Shown here: piece by piece, positions 45,520 through 56,129 of the stretch
How positions within the stretch are numbered: the first letter of the stretch is position 1
Layout: every line of letters begins with the position of its first letter
Origin: Paramoeba atlantica
Lineage: Eukaryota > Protista > Discosea
Assembly (NCBI GenBank): GCA_977017575.1
Contig: CDRNVI010000054.1
Location: 372,001 to 436,000 of the forward strand
DNA: 64,000 bases
Reading direction: 5' to 3'
Program-made: the position numbers and the translations under genes
Notes under the pieces: generated by a model
The model's input: only the letters and a program-made list of their open reading frames with translations
The model's database searches: none
What the model was told of the DNA's origin: nothing

Positions 45520-46152
45520 ATATTATTTTTTTCACTCGAGCGACCCCCTACCCTCCTTATCGAGATAGGGGTCAAAATGAAGGCGAACACGATTTTCGAG
45601 GTAAATTTTTGAATATTTATTTTGTAAAACAGTGACTTGAAAGCCAGATAAGAAGTATGTAAGCAGGTAGCAAGCTCGTGATTAGTGCTCAGTTAAGTAT
45701 CTCCTTGCCTTCTCGCCCTCCAAAAATTCTTGGGATGGCTTTGCAAAACGTTTTCAGGCAATTCTGGTTCATCCCGAAAATTATTCAGAAAAAAGGGGGG
45801 GTTGTGAAAAAAATTGGACAAAATATTAAGAAAAATATTTATCGATAATGATAGCGCTTCTAATGTGCATATCTCATGACGTACGTGTCGTGCAGGAGGA
45901 CACACGGGACGAGATAGTTCGGTCGTGTAAAACCGAAGAAGAGTGAAAAATGACGCAAGAAATAGGCGTTCCGTAAAAATCATGGTTTTTAGCCCATTTT
46001 TTTGCGGTTTCGACATGAACCAGTTTTCCACGAGTGAAAAGGACCTCGGATTCGGAACGATTGGGTCGAAAAACGGTGGTATACCAATATGTACAAAATC
46101 GGAGAAAATACAAGACCTGTAGGGGGGGGTACATATCGTTGCCCACCACTGT
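45520..46152. mobile_element. Family C element with partly inverted ends
   Basis: Both ends match 22395-22560 in opposite orientations; right end ...CACCACTG-TA. Confidence 0.55.
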
Positions 46153-46183
46153 AACTGACAACAAATATGTTTACTTCTGGCAA

Positions 46184-46698
46184 TCATCCTTGGCTGCGCG
46201 TAACCACACGATGCAAGTCCATCGGGACATAAACCCGTGAATCAGCGCTGATGAGTCCCACACTAAAGCGGGCGGACTCCACACACAGTAATCGTGCTTC
46301 TTCACTGTATTCCCCCTTTACCAGGGACCAGTAAGCCAAAAGGTGCGCGCTGAGGTCTAGAAGGAAGTGATTCGCCCCGATGCGGATCGCTTCACTTGCT
46401 AGTGAGCCAATAATCCAGCTGGAAGTGTGCAAGTACGTTTGTCGGCTAGAGCAACATTGCTAGATTTCTCTCCTCTGTATTCGACGCCTCTCACGGCCAA
46501 TTTGTTGTAAGCGATGCCTGTTTTGTCTATAGTGACGACAAATTCCTCGTTAAGAGTTCTATGTTGTGCACATGAAACAAGATGCACAACTCTCAAGAGC
46601 ATATCTCGGCCTTGGCCCTCCCAATTCGGAGGAAGCGAAGCTTTGTGAGCGCGTTTGGCGGATTTAAGAACTACGCCAAAGTCCTTTAACCAGATCAC
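46184..46698 (-). pseudogene. pogo-like (DDE_1) transposase relic
   Basis: TIDKTGI...RGEK...DKRTCT, FLLDLSAH, LISADSRVYVPMDL match the three catalytic Asp contexts. Confidence 0.65.
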
Positions 46699-48309
46699 AA
46701 AAGAAAGATACGAGGGTGTCCATATCTCTTTCGTATCCCTTTGAACCGCCCTCAGCTCCTCAACTAATTCAGCCGAATCAGAATCGCCGTCAGAATCATT
46801 AAAAATGGATTCTCATACCAACCTTCAAAGATAAGCTTTTCCGACGGGGGTGTCGAAGAAGTGACACTCGTCGGCACGTTTTTTAATTATTGACTCGAGG
46901 TTTGTTTCAGAGAGGACCTCGCATTTGACCCAGTCAATTCTGTTAAGCCTTTGTTGCTTTTGTCTTGGCGAATCTGACGCCAACTTCTTATCTTTTGATA
47001 AGATAAATGTTCAGAAATAGAAGTGAATATTAACTTGATTTCCTTCTCTAGGCGATGGAAATTTCGGACATGTCTTCCAGGACCCTCATCTACATGAAAG
47101 TAGAGAACAGTTGAGACTAACCGGTCAATAACATCGCATACGTTGACTTTAGCTTCTGCTTACATTTGTTTCGTGCGTTGGCGAGTTTCTACTTCTTTTC
47201 CAGAGTTAACCCTTGTAAACTGAACATCAAACATCAAACTTCCATTTAAAGAGAAAACAGGGCCTTGCTCCGTAGTCGCATAAAGCTGTGCAAAGATAAA
47301 GGGCTGAAGCTGATACCAACTAACGTTTTGTCGAAGATTTGGATCGGTGCGAGAACTTGCTTCTCGCTGACAGCAAGGCATCGAAAAAAATAATAAAATT
47401 TGTTTCTCTCAATTTATCTAAAAGACGAAAGTCGGCCTGAACATAATCATCAACAATCCTGTGTAATGCTAAACAGTGTTCCTCGACGTTTTTTTCCGAG
47501 TGATTGCGAACAAACTTATTTTTCAGATTCTGCTCACGATCGGCAATGCGCTAATGAGAAAAAAAGAACGCCAGAGCAGCGCTCTCTGGTACGACGATGT
47601 AAATAATTTATGCTTCGCAGGTATGCTGAATTTCTTACGTAGTTAGAAAACTTTTCGGAAGATGATAGAGCTGATATTGGGGGTACGAACTCGGAATAAC
47701 GAAACAAAACATAATGTTGATAAAAAATATTAATTGTTTCTGAAAAATTAGAAGTCCAAGAAAGAATGTCCAAGGAAGAGTAAGCGTTTTAATACTGTAT
47801 TAATACAGTACAGCATGTAGTACATGAATGAGTATATAATGCACCACAAACTTTCAGGAACTGGATGAGCAATTCTTTCGTCATGATGTACACTATGTAC
47901 TCTGTGTCTGAGTATTGATGTAACAAGCATTCACCACCTTTCGACTGAAGTTATACGGCATGGAAAAAATACAGTATATTTTGTTCTAAATAACAACGTT
48001 TCCTCCAAATAACTGGAATATTCGATGGTTGATTTCTATTGACACAATATGATTCGGTTTTGCACATTCCTCTGCATCATCAGTATTACAATATCTATTA
48101 TTTTTTGGGTTAACGGCAGCATACCGTATCAGGTTCCCATATCACAATATGCCATATCACAACACAAGTTACTTCTCTAGTATATCATCGGATAGGTATC
48201 ATCCGAGTATAAAATCAAAATCTTGTAAAGGGCACAATAAAACCAGAGCCTACCAATATTTTTATTTTATTTAGGTAAGTGTGATCGCAATTTGATTCAG
48301 AGATTCGAC

Positions 48310-48395
48310 ATGATGAATTTTGTATAATAGGTTGACATTGCATAAAGCGAAGCATTCTTTTTGCTTTTGCTATTGATGCACGATATACATGCTGA
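48310..48395 (+). ncRNA. Candidate box C/D snoRNA, copy 2
   Basis: ATGATGA ... CTGA; only a few substitutions relative to copy 1, none in the boxes. Confidence 0.3.
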
Positions 48396-48712
48396 TCTGT
48401 TACCTAAAGTCCCCCGGACACTTTATGATGTGCGTTCTTCATAATGCAGAAGGTAGAACATGGGATCCATTTTTCAAACATTTCCCAATGATAATATATA
48501 ATATTTGCCAACGAACTGTAGCAAACAAAAAGTTTGGTCGCAGCGTGTTCAGCGTTCCCGAAAAACGCTAAGCGCTATTCATAAATTGGTTCCCTATTCA
48601 TCAAATCTTATTAAATCCATGGCGCATAAACTACGACGCTTCCACACATTAACAAAATTTTTAAAACCCTGATTCATATTTCTTTCTTCATTTTTCTCTC
48701 CTTCAACCCCTT

Positions 48713-49627
48713 ATGAGCATCCTTCTCCTTCTCTGCCTCTTCAGTCCTCTGCTCGCCGCAACCGTTCCCCCCGCCCACCTCGCACGCCAATACGGCACCC
48801 CCACCTCCTCCTCCGCAAGCTACTTTACCCCTTCCTCCTCGGAGCCCCTCCCCGAGCCCTCTTCCTCGGTTCGGCCTCGAAAACCCAAAACCCCCCCACG
48901 ACGACGTACGATTCCGGAACCTCAACTGCATTATCCCCAACGGGTTCATACAGCTCCGAAACAAGCGCAGACGAAATTCCAGGAGTCAAAATTCCAAGAA
49001 AAAGCAAACGCTAACAAGCCGCGTGATCCCTTTACAAACGCAAACACGAGATCAGCAAGCTCTAAGCCTCCTGCGGCCCCTCCCCTGCCCTCCCTCGATG
49101 AAATCTCGGATCTTGTAAATTCATTTTTAAAAGATCCGTCGGTTTCTACCGAGATCGAAAACGAGTTATCCCCTCTGGTGGATGAACTCACGAAAACGTT
49201 AAAGTCTCCCGAGTTTGAAAACGAGATGGAGAACGTGGCCACGATGGTGAACGAGGCCAGTGGGAAGATAGCCAAGATGCTGGAAGGCGTCAAGGCGTTT
49301 GTGCGGGTGGTGAAAAAGATGGCCTCCGGGGTGATGGGGCTGGTGTCGTGGTTGGACACCTCCGAGGAGGCCCAGGCCTCGTCCTCTTTTATGACCAAGA
49401 TGGTACAAAAGTGGTTGGTACCGGAGTCGCTGAAAAAGGGGTTCGGGGAGCCCCTGGGGGATTTGCAGCGCTTGATGAAGCAGATGCAAAAAGCGGGGGA
49501 GGGAGTGCAAGGAGGGGAAGCGATGGGGGAAGAGTATGCTGAGGAAGAAGAGGCTGCGGAGGAAGAGGAGGCCCGGGGATGGGGTCATCACTTCCGACGC
49601 TGGGTTCCCAGCTGGCAACGTGAGTGA
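48713..49627 (+). CDS. Hypothetical secreted protein: signal peptide, Pro/Ser linker, amphipathic helices
   Basis: MSILLLLCLFSPLLA-AT; 304 aa; ATG directly after a pyrimidine tract. Confidence 0.7.
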   Translation: MSILLLLCLFSPLLAATVPPAHLARQYGTPTSSSASYFTPSSSEPLPEPSSSVRPRKPKTPPRRRTIPEPQLHYPQRVHTAPKQAQTKFQESKFQEKANANKPRDPFTNANTRSASSKPPAAPPLPSLDEISDLVNSFLKDPSVSTEIENELSPLVDELTKTLKSPEFENEMENVATMVNEASGKIAKMLEGVKAFVRVVKKMASGVMGLVSWLDTSEEAQASSSFMTKMVQKWLVPESLKKGFGEPLGDLQRLMKQMQKAGEGVQGGEAMGEEYAEEEEAAEEEEARGWGHHFRRWVPSWQRE

Positions 49628-50235
49628 GGAGAAAGGTCTCAACACGTTGGTGGGAATGTTGAAAGTGTGTTGCTTTATTCTCTCAAAAATTAATTTTCAA
49701 AATGGATTGGATGTGCTTTGAAGCCTTTTTATACACGATTTGAAAATTATGTTCGCTACAGCCGTGTACAAAGGGTGTTTTTATGATGTGAGTATTATAA
49801 CAATAACACACTTGAATACATAATGTTTTCTCTCGAACAAGGCTGTGTGAGTACGCTATATAAAATTTGAGGTTGTTGATGTCACTTGGGGTTCTTGAAT
49901 GTGAACGTCAATATTACGATTTTTGAGTCGTTCAATATATTTTTATGAGCAGCGACATTGTACTTTCGCTGTTTGTTCCATAGCACATTACCATAAATAT
50001 TTATGTGCTTCATATCTTGAAACGAGCTCTGTACACAAGAATTATCCCTTCTACCAGAAGAAAATGATTTACAACTACAGTTTATTTTCCTTTCATGCGA
50101 CCAGCCTTAGCATTTTCTTGATCCCTGCTCCTCTTCAGCGAAGCGAACGTTGTGCCTGACAAAGGCACTTGTACATAAAAAAGCCCTTATCAAAGTGATA
50201 TTTTCTATTGCACCATTGCTTTGAGCTGTTTCACT

Positions 50236-53200
50236 ATGCAGTTTTCTCCTCGACGTAGCGTGGCGCCTCGCCTCTCATCCTCGTTAAATCCCGAAGCCAC
50301 GACGGATAGTGGCATTAGAACAACTCTCAATCACATGAAGAGTACTGCGCCCGATGCGCCAATTACTACAGGCGGGCCAAATTTAAGTACGGTATCCTCC
50401 AATCCACCTCGTACACACACAACTGTACAATTCAGTAGACCTGCAAAACCGCAACTGACGTTTATCCAAAATTCGCACTCTGAAACGCACATACTTCTTC
50501 CAAATCCTACCAGCAGAGCTGTGTCGGATATAATGGTCCAAAACACGAATCCGAATCCTCCATTGCAAAATAGGAGCAGCGTTGACCTAACAAGCTCTCA
50601 TGAATCTTCTACCGCAGCAAATTCTTCAAGGGCTTTAAATACAACCTCATCGGAAAGAAATAGATTGCCACATCTGTATTCATCTCCTCCGAAATTCTGT
50701 AAAAGATGCGCATCCTCGATTCAGTTTCTTACTTGTCGTAAAGGGGAGAACTGCGGAAAGCATTTCTGGGCGTGCTCCAAAGATGAGATTGGAATTTACA
50801 CACAGCCGACCAACACGTTTCGACGTCCTGTTTCGCATTATTTCGCTTGGCATGGAAATAACCCGTTGCCGGACCCCGCGTGGTTAGAAAAGCGCAGAGT
50901 CGAGTTTGAAGCCCTGAAAAAAGTAAAACATCGTGTTTCGAATCATCAAAACGGAAAAGGAGGTGAAACACAAGGCATCGAACAACCACTTTGTACCGTA
51001 ATAATCCATATGGAAGCTGCTATGCTACTGCCCGAATTTCCTGATGCGTTGTGTGTGGCTTTTCCGAATAACGGAGCCCCCGGGGCTGTGATTGACGCGA
51101 TCTTACGAAAGGAATTTGAAAACGAATTTCAAGTTCTTTATGAAAATGTGACACAAGATAGCGAGCACCCGAATGCTCTATCACAGTCAAATCCTCTGAG
51201 TGCACTCTCTGCCTTTTCCCAACGAAAACGACGTGATCTTGAGAAATTGAGAAAAAGAATGCAACCAGCGGGAGGGGTCTATTATTTTCCGCTATTACGC
51301 TATGACCACATTTGTCGGGCATTAGAGCAAATCCCGAAGACGGAGTGTACTCGTGTGGTGATCGGTTATCTCCCACAGCATGTGCGCGACGCAGCGGAGC
51401 GGATTTTACGTCTGGAGGCAATGCTCTCAGCAGAACAGGAGGCTGCAAAGGAAGTAGTGCTGAGTCAGAGAGATGGCGAAGGGTTTGAAACTGAGGTACG
51501 AAATCGGAGGGACGAAGAAGAAGAAGTCTTCAGCGGAAAACCTCAGCGGGGAGAAGGTCAAAACCTCACCCCACATTTGCAGTTGGTGCAGGAACCACCA
51601 GCTACCTCGGCGGGGTATGATGCGGACGCAAATACTTCCTGTACGTTAGAACCCGAAAATCAAAACCATATTACGGATCACAGCAGTATCCTGGCCTCCT
51701 TCGACAATTCGTTTGAAAACGATTCCAACCCGATCCCCTCCTCCCACGACCACCACCCCCTCGGCACCCCTCCCCCTCCCTCCTTTTCCCAATACGATGA
51801 TTTTCTTCCCCCTCCCCCCTCTCCCGCCTCCCCTGTCCCCTTCAACATCCCCGACTCCCTTTACTCCCAACTGCTGCCGTATCAAAAAAAAGGCGTTCAA
51901 TTTGGTATCGAGCGCCATGGCCGAATTCTTCTGGGGGATGAGATGGGGTTAGGAAAAACTGTCCAAGCCCTCGCGATTGCGCTACATTACAGTAAAGAGT
52001 GGCCACTCTTAGTCCTGTGCCCCGCCAGTTTGAAACAAGTCTGGCGCATGGAAATTAAACGATGGCTACCGGCCATACCGGAGGATAAGGTGTTTGTCGC
52101 TCAACCCAAAACAGGAAAATCCAACAAAGTAAAAAATACTTTTTCGAACACCAACGAATATCAGGTTTGCATTATCCCATACAGTTTAGTAAGTCCCTGG
52201 AAAGAGACTTTGCTGCAAAAACGTTTTCACGTAATTCTGTTGGACGAGTCGCATTATTTAAAAAATGTCAAAGCCCAACGTGTGGTCGCCACCCAAGAGA
52301 TTTGTAAAGCGGCCAATCGTGTCGTGCTGCTCAGTGGGACCGCGATCCTGGCCCGTCCAATTGAGTTGTTCCCGCAAATCGATTTGTTATGTCCCGGGTG
52401 GATGAGTTATCATAAATATGGTCAGCGGTATTGTGATCCGGATGCGGTGTGGCAACGGAATATGGTGGCGCAAAGTTCGAGAAATGGCTATCAAACGCCA
52501 GGAAGGAAAAAGTTTAATTCGTTTCGTCCCTATGAAGGGCACAGCTGTGTTGCCGAGTTGCATTGGTTTCTTCACCGTCAATTTTTCCTTCGTCGACGAA
52601 AATCTGACGTCTTGCCGCAGCTTCCCCCGAAACGACGGCAAGAAATTATGCTCGAGATTAGCGAAAAAGAAAAGGAGGGGATGCACGAACAACTGGAGGC
52701 GTTAAAAGAGGCCCAGGAACGGGAGAGATGGGAGCTTGAGCTGACATGGGAGAATGGATCTTTTCAAGGCAATCCAAATGCCACAGCATTGTATTACACC
52801 ACAAGTCTAGCGAAAGGACCTGCGGTTTGTGAATACCTGAGTTATTTACTTGATGGAGGATTACAGGAGATGACAAGCGTAGAGGAAGATTGCGCTACGC
52901 AAGGCATCGAATACAGCAACGAGAACGCTGCGGAGAATCGGGTTTCCGAGGTACCGACGAAATTCCTGTTATTCGGGTATCATCGGGAAATGTTAAACCG
53001 TATCGAGGCCGTGGTTCAGGAGAAGGAGAAAGAGTGGGACCGACGTCGTGCGCAATCCCATAGAGCTCCAGCGGAAGGAACCGAAAAACAAAAGTCAGGG
53101 CGTCGTAAGCGCACATCGAATGGTGTTTCTGGGGAGGCTGTACGCAGTATCCGAAATCTGCGTGATTTACCTGATCAAACCTCCGAGTCAGGAAGTATGT

Positions 53201-54318
53201 ACTATAGTTCCACTTCGAGTACTCCAGGTAATTTCGAGGATGCCACACAAGACCCTATTTTGGTTGGGCCAAATTATTCTGAAATTGGATCCTCTCTTTC
53301 CTACATTCGTATTGACGGCGAGACCCCGATGGAGAGTCGATCCGTGTTGGTCGAAAAATTCCAAACAGACCCGAATTGTCGTGTGGCTATTTTATCCCTT
53401 GCTGCAGCCGCGACAGGGCTGAATTTTACCGCCGCCAGTTTTGTCGTGTTCGCTGAACTGTTCTGGACCCCTGCGGTGATGCTGCAAGCCGAGGACCGGA
53501 TTCACCGCATTGGTCAAAAAGCGTCCCATTGCACAATTCAGTATTTACTCGTACCCGGGACAATGGACGACGTGCTGTGGCCAATGTTAGTGAAAAAAGT
53601 GGCCGTTACGAGTTCCGTGTTAGACCAGAATCCACAGCCTGGGTTGGAGGTCCATGAGGAAAGTAGAGTCGTGCCGCGGAATAGTATTTCGGAAGATGGG
53701 CAGGAAGAATCTATTATGCAAAATCAAGGTGAAAAAGGCGATCCAAGTGGAGAAAAACAACAACTTGTGGCTTCGTCGGTTCAAAACGCTCCATCACGCC
53801 ACATGGTTAGCTCTGGTCCCAATTCAGGATATTCGATGTTAAGGCAAAGCCCGGTGAAAGTTGTAGCCCCGAAAGAATCCTTGGATGAGTGGATTCGGAA
53901 GCGTTCACTTCCAAACGCAGAACGTTTGGAAGATGAAGCGGACTCCTCAAAAATGAACGCACTAAGTCATTCTTCTCGAAACGGCGATATGATCACGCCC
54001 GGAGAGCGATTTCTCACACGTAATCCGAATGGCGCAGAGTCTCCTACACTCGTTGATCTGTTGAACACGTCAGAGATTAGAAAGGTCTCCGAGTCAATGC
54101 CGAATGACGTGTTAAACAAAGATGAAAATGCATTACATGATGCTCGTGAAAAAAGTTTACGGCATCTTCATGCTTGTATGAGCATTCCAGATGAGCCTCC
54201 CGAAAGGAGCGAGGGCATTCAAGCGCTCGAAATTGGGGAATCACCAAAAAGGGTACCTGTTCGCCATGAAAAAACATGCGATGGCCTTGGTCTTTTGGAC
54301 ATCTTTATGTATGAATGA
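50236..54318 (+). CDS. SMARCAL1: SMARCAL1/ZRANB3-type SNF2 ATPase with an N-terminal GRF-like zinc finger
   Basis: GRILLGDEMGLGKT, WPLLVLCPASL, DESH, LLSGT, IRIDG, FAELFWTP, QAEDRIHRIGQ; ZRANB3 orthology not excluded. Confidence 0.85.
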   Translation: MQFSPRRSVAPRLSSSLNPEATTDSGIRTTLNHMKSTAPDAPITTGGPNLSTVSSNPPRTHTTVQFSRPAKPQLTFIQNSHSETHILLPNPTSRAVSDIMVQNTNPNPPLQNRSSVDLTSSHESSTAANSSRALNTTSSERNRLPHLYSSPPKFCKRCASSIQFLTCRKGENCGKHFWACSKDEIGIYTQPTNTFRRPVSHYFAWHGNNPLPDPAWLEKRRVEFEALKKVKHRVSNHQNGKGGETQGIEQPLCTVIIHMEAAMLLPEFPDALCVAFPNNGAPGAVIDAILRKEFENEFQVLYENVTQDSEHPNALSQSNPLSALSAFSQRKRRDLEKLRKRMQPAGGVYYFPLLRYDHICRALEQIPKTECTRVVIGYLPQHVRDAAERILRLEAMLSAEQEAAKEVVLSQRDGEGFETEVRNRRDEEEEVFSGKPQRGEGQNLTPHLQLVQEPPATSAGYDADANTSCTLEPENQNHITDHSSILASFDNSFENDSNPIPSSHDHHPLGTPPPPSFSQYDDFLPPPPSPASPVPFNIPDSLYSQLLPYQKKGVQFGIERHGRILLGDEMGLGKTVQALAIALHYSKEWPLLVLCPASLKQVWRMEIKRWLPAIPEDKVFVAQPKTGKSNKVKNTFSNTNEYQVCIIPYSLVSPWKETLLQKRFHVILLDESHYLKNVKAQRVVATQEICKAANRVVLLSGTAILARPIELFPQIDLLCPGWMSYHKYGQRYCDPDAVWQRNMVAQSSRNGYQTPGRKKFNSFRPYEGHSCVAELHWFLHRQFFLRRRKSDVLPQLPPKRRQEIMLEISEKEKEGMHEQLEALKEAQERERWELELTWENGSFQGNPNATALYYTTSLAKGPAVCEYLSYLLDGGLQEMTSVEEDCATQGIEYSNENAAENRVSEVPTKFLLFGYHREMLNRIEAVVQEKEKEWDRRRAQSHRAPAEGTEKQKSGRRKRTSNGVSGEAVRSIRNLRDLPDQTSESGSMYYSSTSSTPGNFEDATQDPILVGPNYSEIGSSLSYIRIDGETPMESRSVLVEKFQTDPNCRVAILSLAAAATGLNFTAASFVVFAELFWTPAVMLQAEDRIHRIGQKASHCTIQYLLVPGTMDDVLWPMLVKKVAVTSSVLDQNPQPGLEVHEESRVVPRNSISEDGQEESIMQNQGEKGDPSGEKQQLVASSVQNAPSRHMVSSGPNSGYSMLRQSPVKVVAPKESLDEWIRKRSLPNAERLEDEADSSKMNALSHSSRNGDMITPGERFLTRNPNGAESPTLVDLLNTSEIRKVSESMPNDVLNKDENALHDAREKSLRHLHACMSIPDEPPERSEGIQALEIGESPKRVPVRHEKTCDGLGLLDIFMYE

Positions 54319-55084
54319 GGAGCTAATGCCAAATTTTCTGTAGCGTGGTGATGTTACCTGTATATATAAATTATATGTAGAATCAGCACATGATGTTATA
54401 TTATTACTGGAAAGCTCAGTAATCGAGGGCAGAGCAGTAGTCATTGCTGTCTTCCTGGTTTTGAGGGAGGGAGGGAGTTCCTCCTCTATGTAAGCCCCCT
54501 GGGTTTGTAGGGCGTTCAATTGTTCGCCCGTTGGTGTATCTTGGAACACCTAGCTGCACATCTGGCGAAGGTGTGCTTAGTCCTCTACGAGGTAACGCTC
54601 GTAGTGCTCGTAACGCCTCGCGAGTGCTCTCCAAACCGGGAAGGGCGCAGGTATTGTCACCGCTGGGCGGAGTATGTGTTTGTTGGAGAGCTCTGTCGTC
54701 GGGAGCTGTGCGCGACACATCCTGATCATGGGCGGTGAGCCTGGGGTTGAAAGGCCGGGCGAAAAAGTAGCACGGCCGGCTGCTGGGAGAGGTGAAGCTG
54801 GTCTCTCTCAAGGGAGGGCTCCACAAATGTCCGCTATTCGAGGGCCTTTGAGAATCGGGAGTGTCCCAAATACAGTTCCGAAAACGGTGCCGGTTGTGGA
54901 GGAAAACTTTCGACACAACCGGTGGGAGGGGCAGATCCTTCCTCCAATCCAGAAGGGTGGATCCTTCCGCCCGTGGATCATATTTAGAGCCACACTAGGC
55001 GTGTGCAGGAGTCCCTTAAGGGGAGTATCGTGTATCGAACCGATACACGATACATAGTAGTCCTACTTGATGAACTATTAACTA

Positions 55085-55421
55085 CTATACCCCCCCTGCT
55101 TATGAGTTCCCCCAATTCTGGTACGCTTATGAGTTCCTTTTTCTAAGGCGAATGTTTTTGTACCAACTTTTCGCGAAACGATTTTTTTTTGAACTGAACA
55201 AAAATTCATAATTTTCCCAACTACTGTACGTCAGGCTGCTGTATAGACTTGTACACTAAGCAAACAATCTTTTTAGTGCCAGTATCATTGTGAAGGAGAA
55301 CCCGCGGCGCTTCGCGCCACGGGCCCTAATTTTCGCTTTTTTATGGCTCTATTTCAGGTCTGGTACGCTTATGAGTTCCTTTTTCTCAAAACGAGGGAAC
55401 TCATAAGCAGGGTGGGTATAG
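55085..55421. mobile_element. MITE, 337 bp, TA-flanked
   Basis: TIRs CTATACCC(C/A)CCCTGCTTATGAGTTCCC; internal GCTTATGAGTTCC repeats. Confidence 0.88.
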
Positions 55422-55600
55422 TATTTGTTTGAGCGCCAGTAATGACGCTCAGAGCTCCCGTGTGCCCCGTCAGAAAAGAAACGATTGACTGATTCGAGCG
55501 ATCTGACACGTCGTCCAACATTAGCTTCTCCAGTGTTTCGGCTGTCACATAGGTATTTTCATGTTTTAACTGAAACGGTGGAAGCACGGCGCCCAGCTTA

Positions 55601-56129
55601 ACCCGGGGTGCGGATTAATATTTAAATTCCAATTTAAATATTAATCCGCAAGAGAAAACGATTCAAATATTAATGTGCAAGCAGGTCAATATTTAAATTC
55701 CAGAATGTTTTTCAAGGTATGATCCTTTTTTGCGAATTAGGGGCTGCGTGTATGATTGCGCGTGATCTCGTTTTGGGTCTTACTTCACTTTGCATGTCAT
55801 TGTCAAGGTCCGAGATTGGACAAGATACACTTTCTTCTGTACTTTCGGAACTTCCGGAGTCACTCTCAACACCGTTATCATCTGAAAGGGACTCACATCC
55901 CGATTTAATTTCCCAGGTAACTTCCGAGGATGACCGTTCAGTTGAATGTATCTTGACACTTTCTTGAAAACGATCTACAAGAAAGGTTTCCATAGGAAAA
56001 AAAACGATTTAAATATTAATCTGCATTTAAATATTAATGTGCAAACAGGTTAATATTTAAATAAAATTTTAATATTAAAGCGAATTGAAATATTAATCTG
56101 CATTTAATATATTTATCCGCACCCCGGGT
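55601..56129. mobile_element. MITE, 529 bp, TA-flanked
   Basis: TIRs ACCCGGGGTGCGGAT; subterminal TTAATATTTAAAT repeats. Confidence 0.88.

Noticed and set aside
54416-55057. Possible DIRS methyltransferase relic (DPPF, LWSPP on the - strand)
   Set aside because: Motifs fall in different frames and are too short to support
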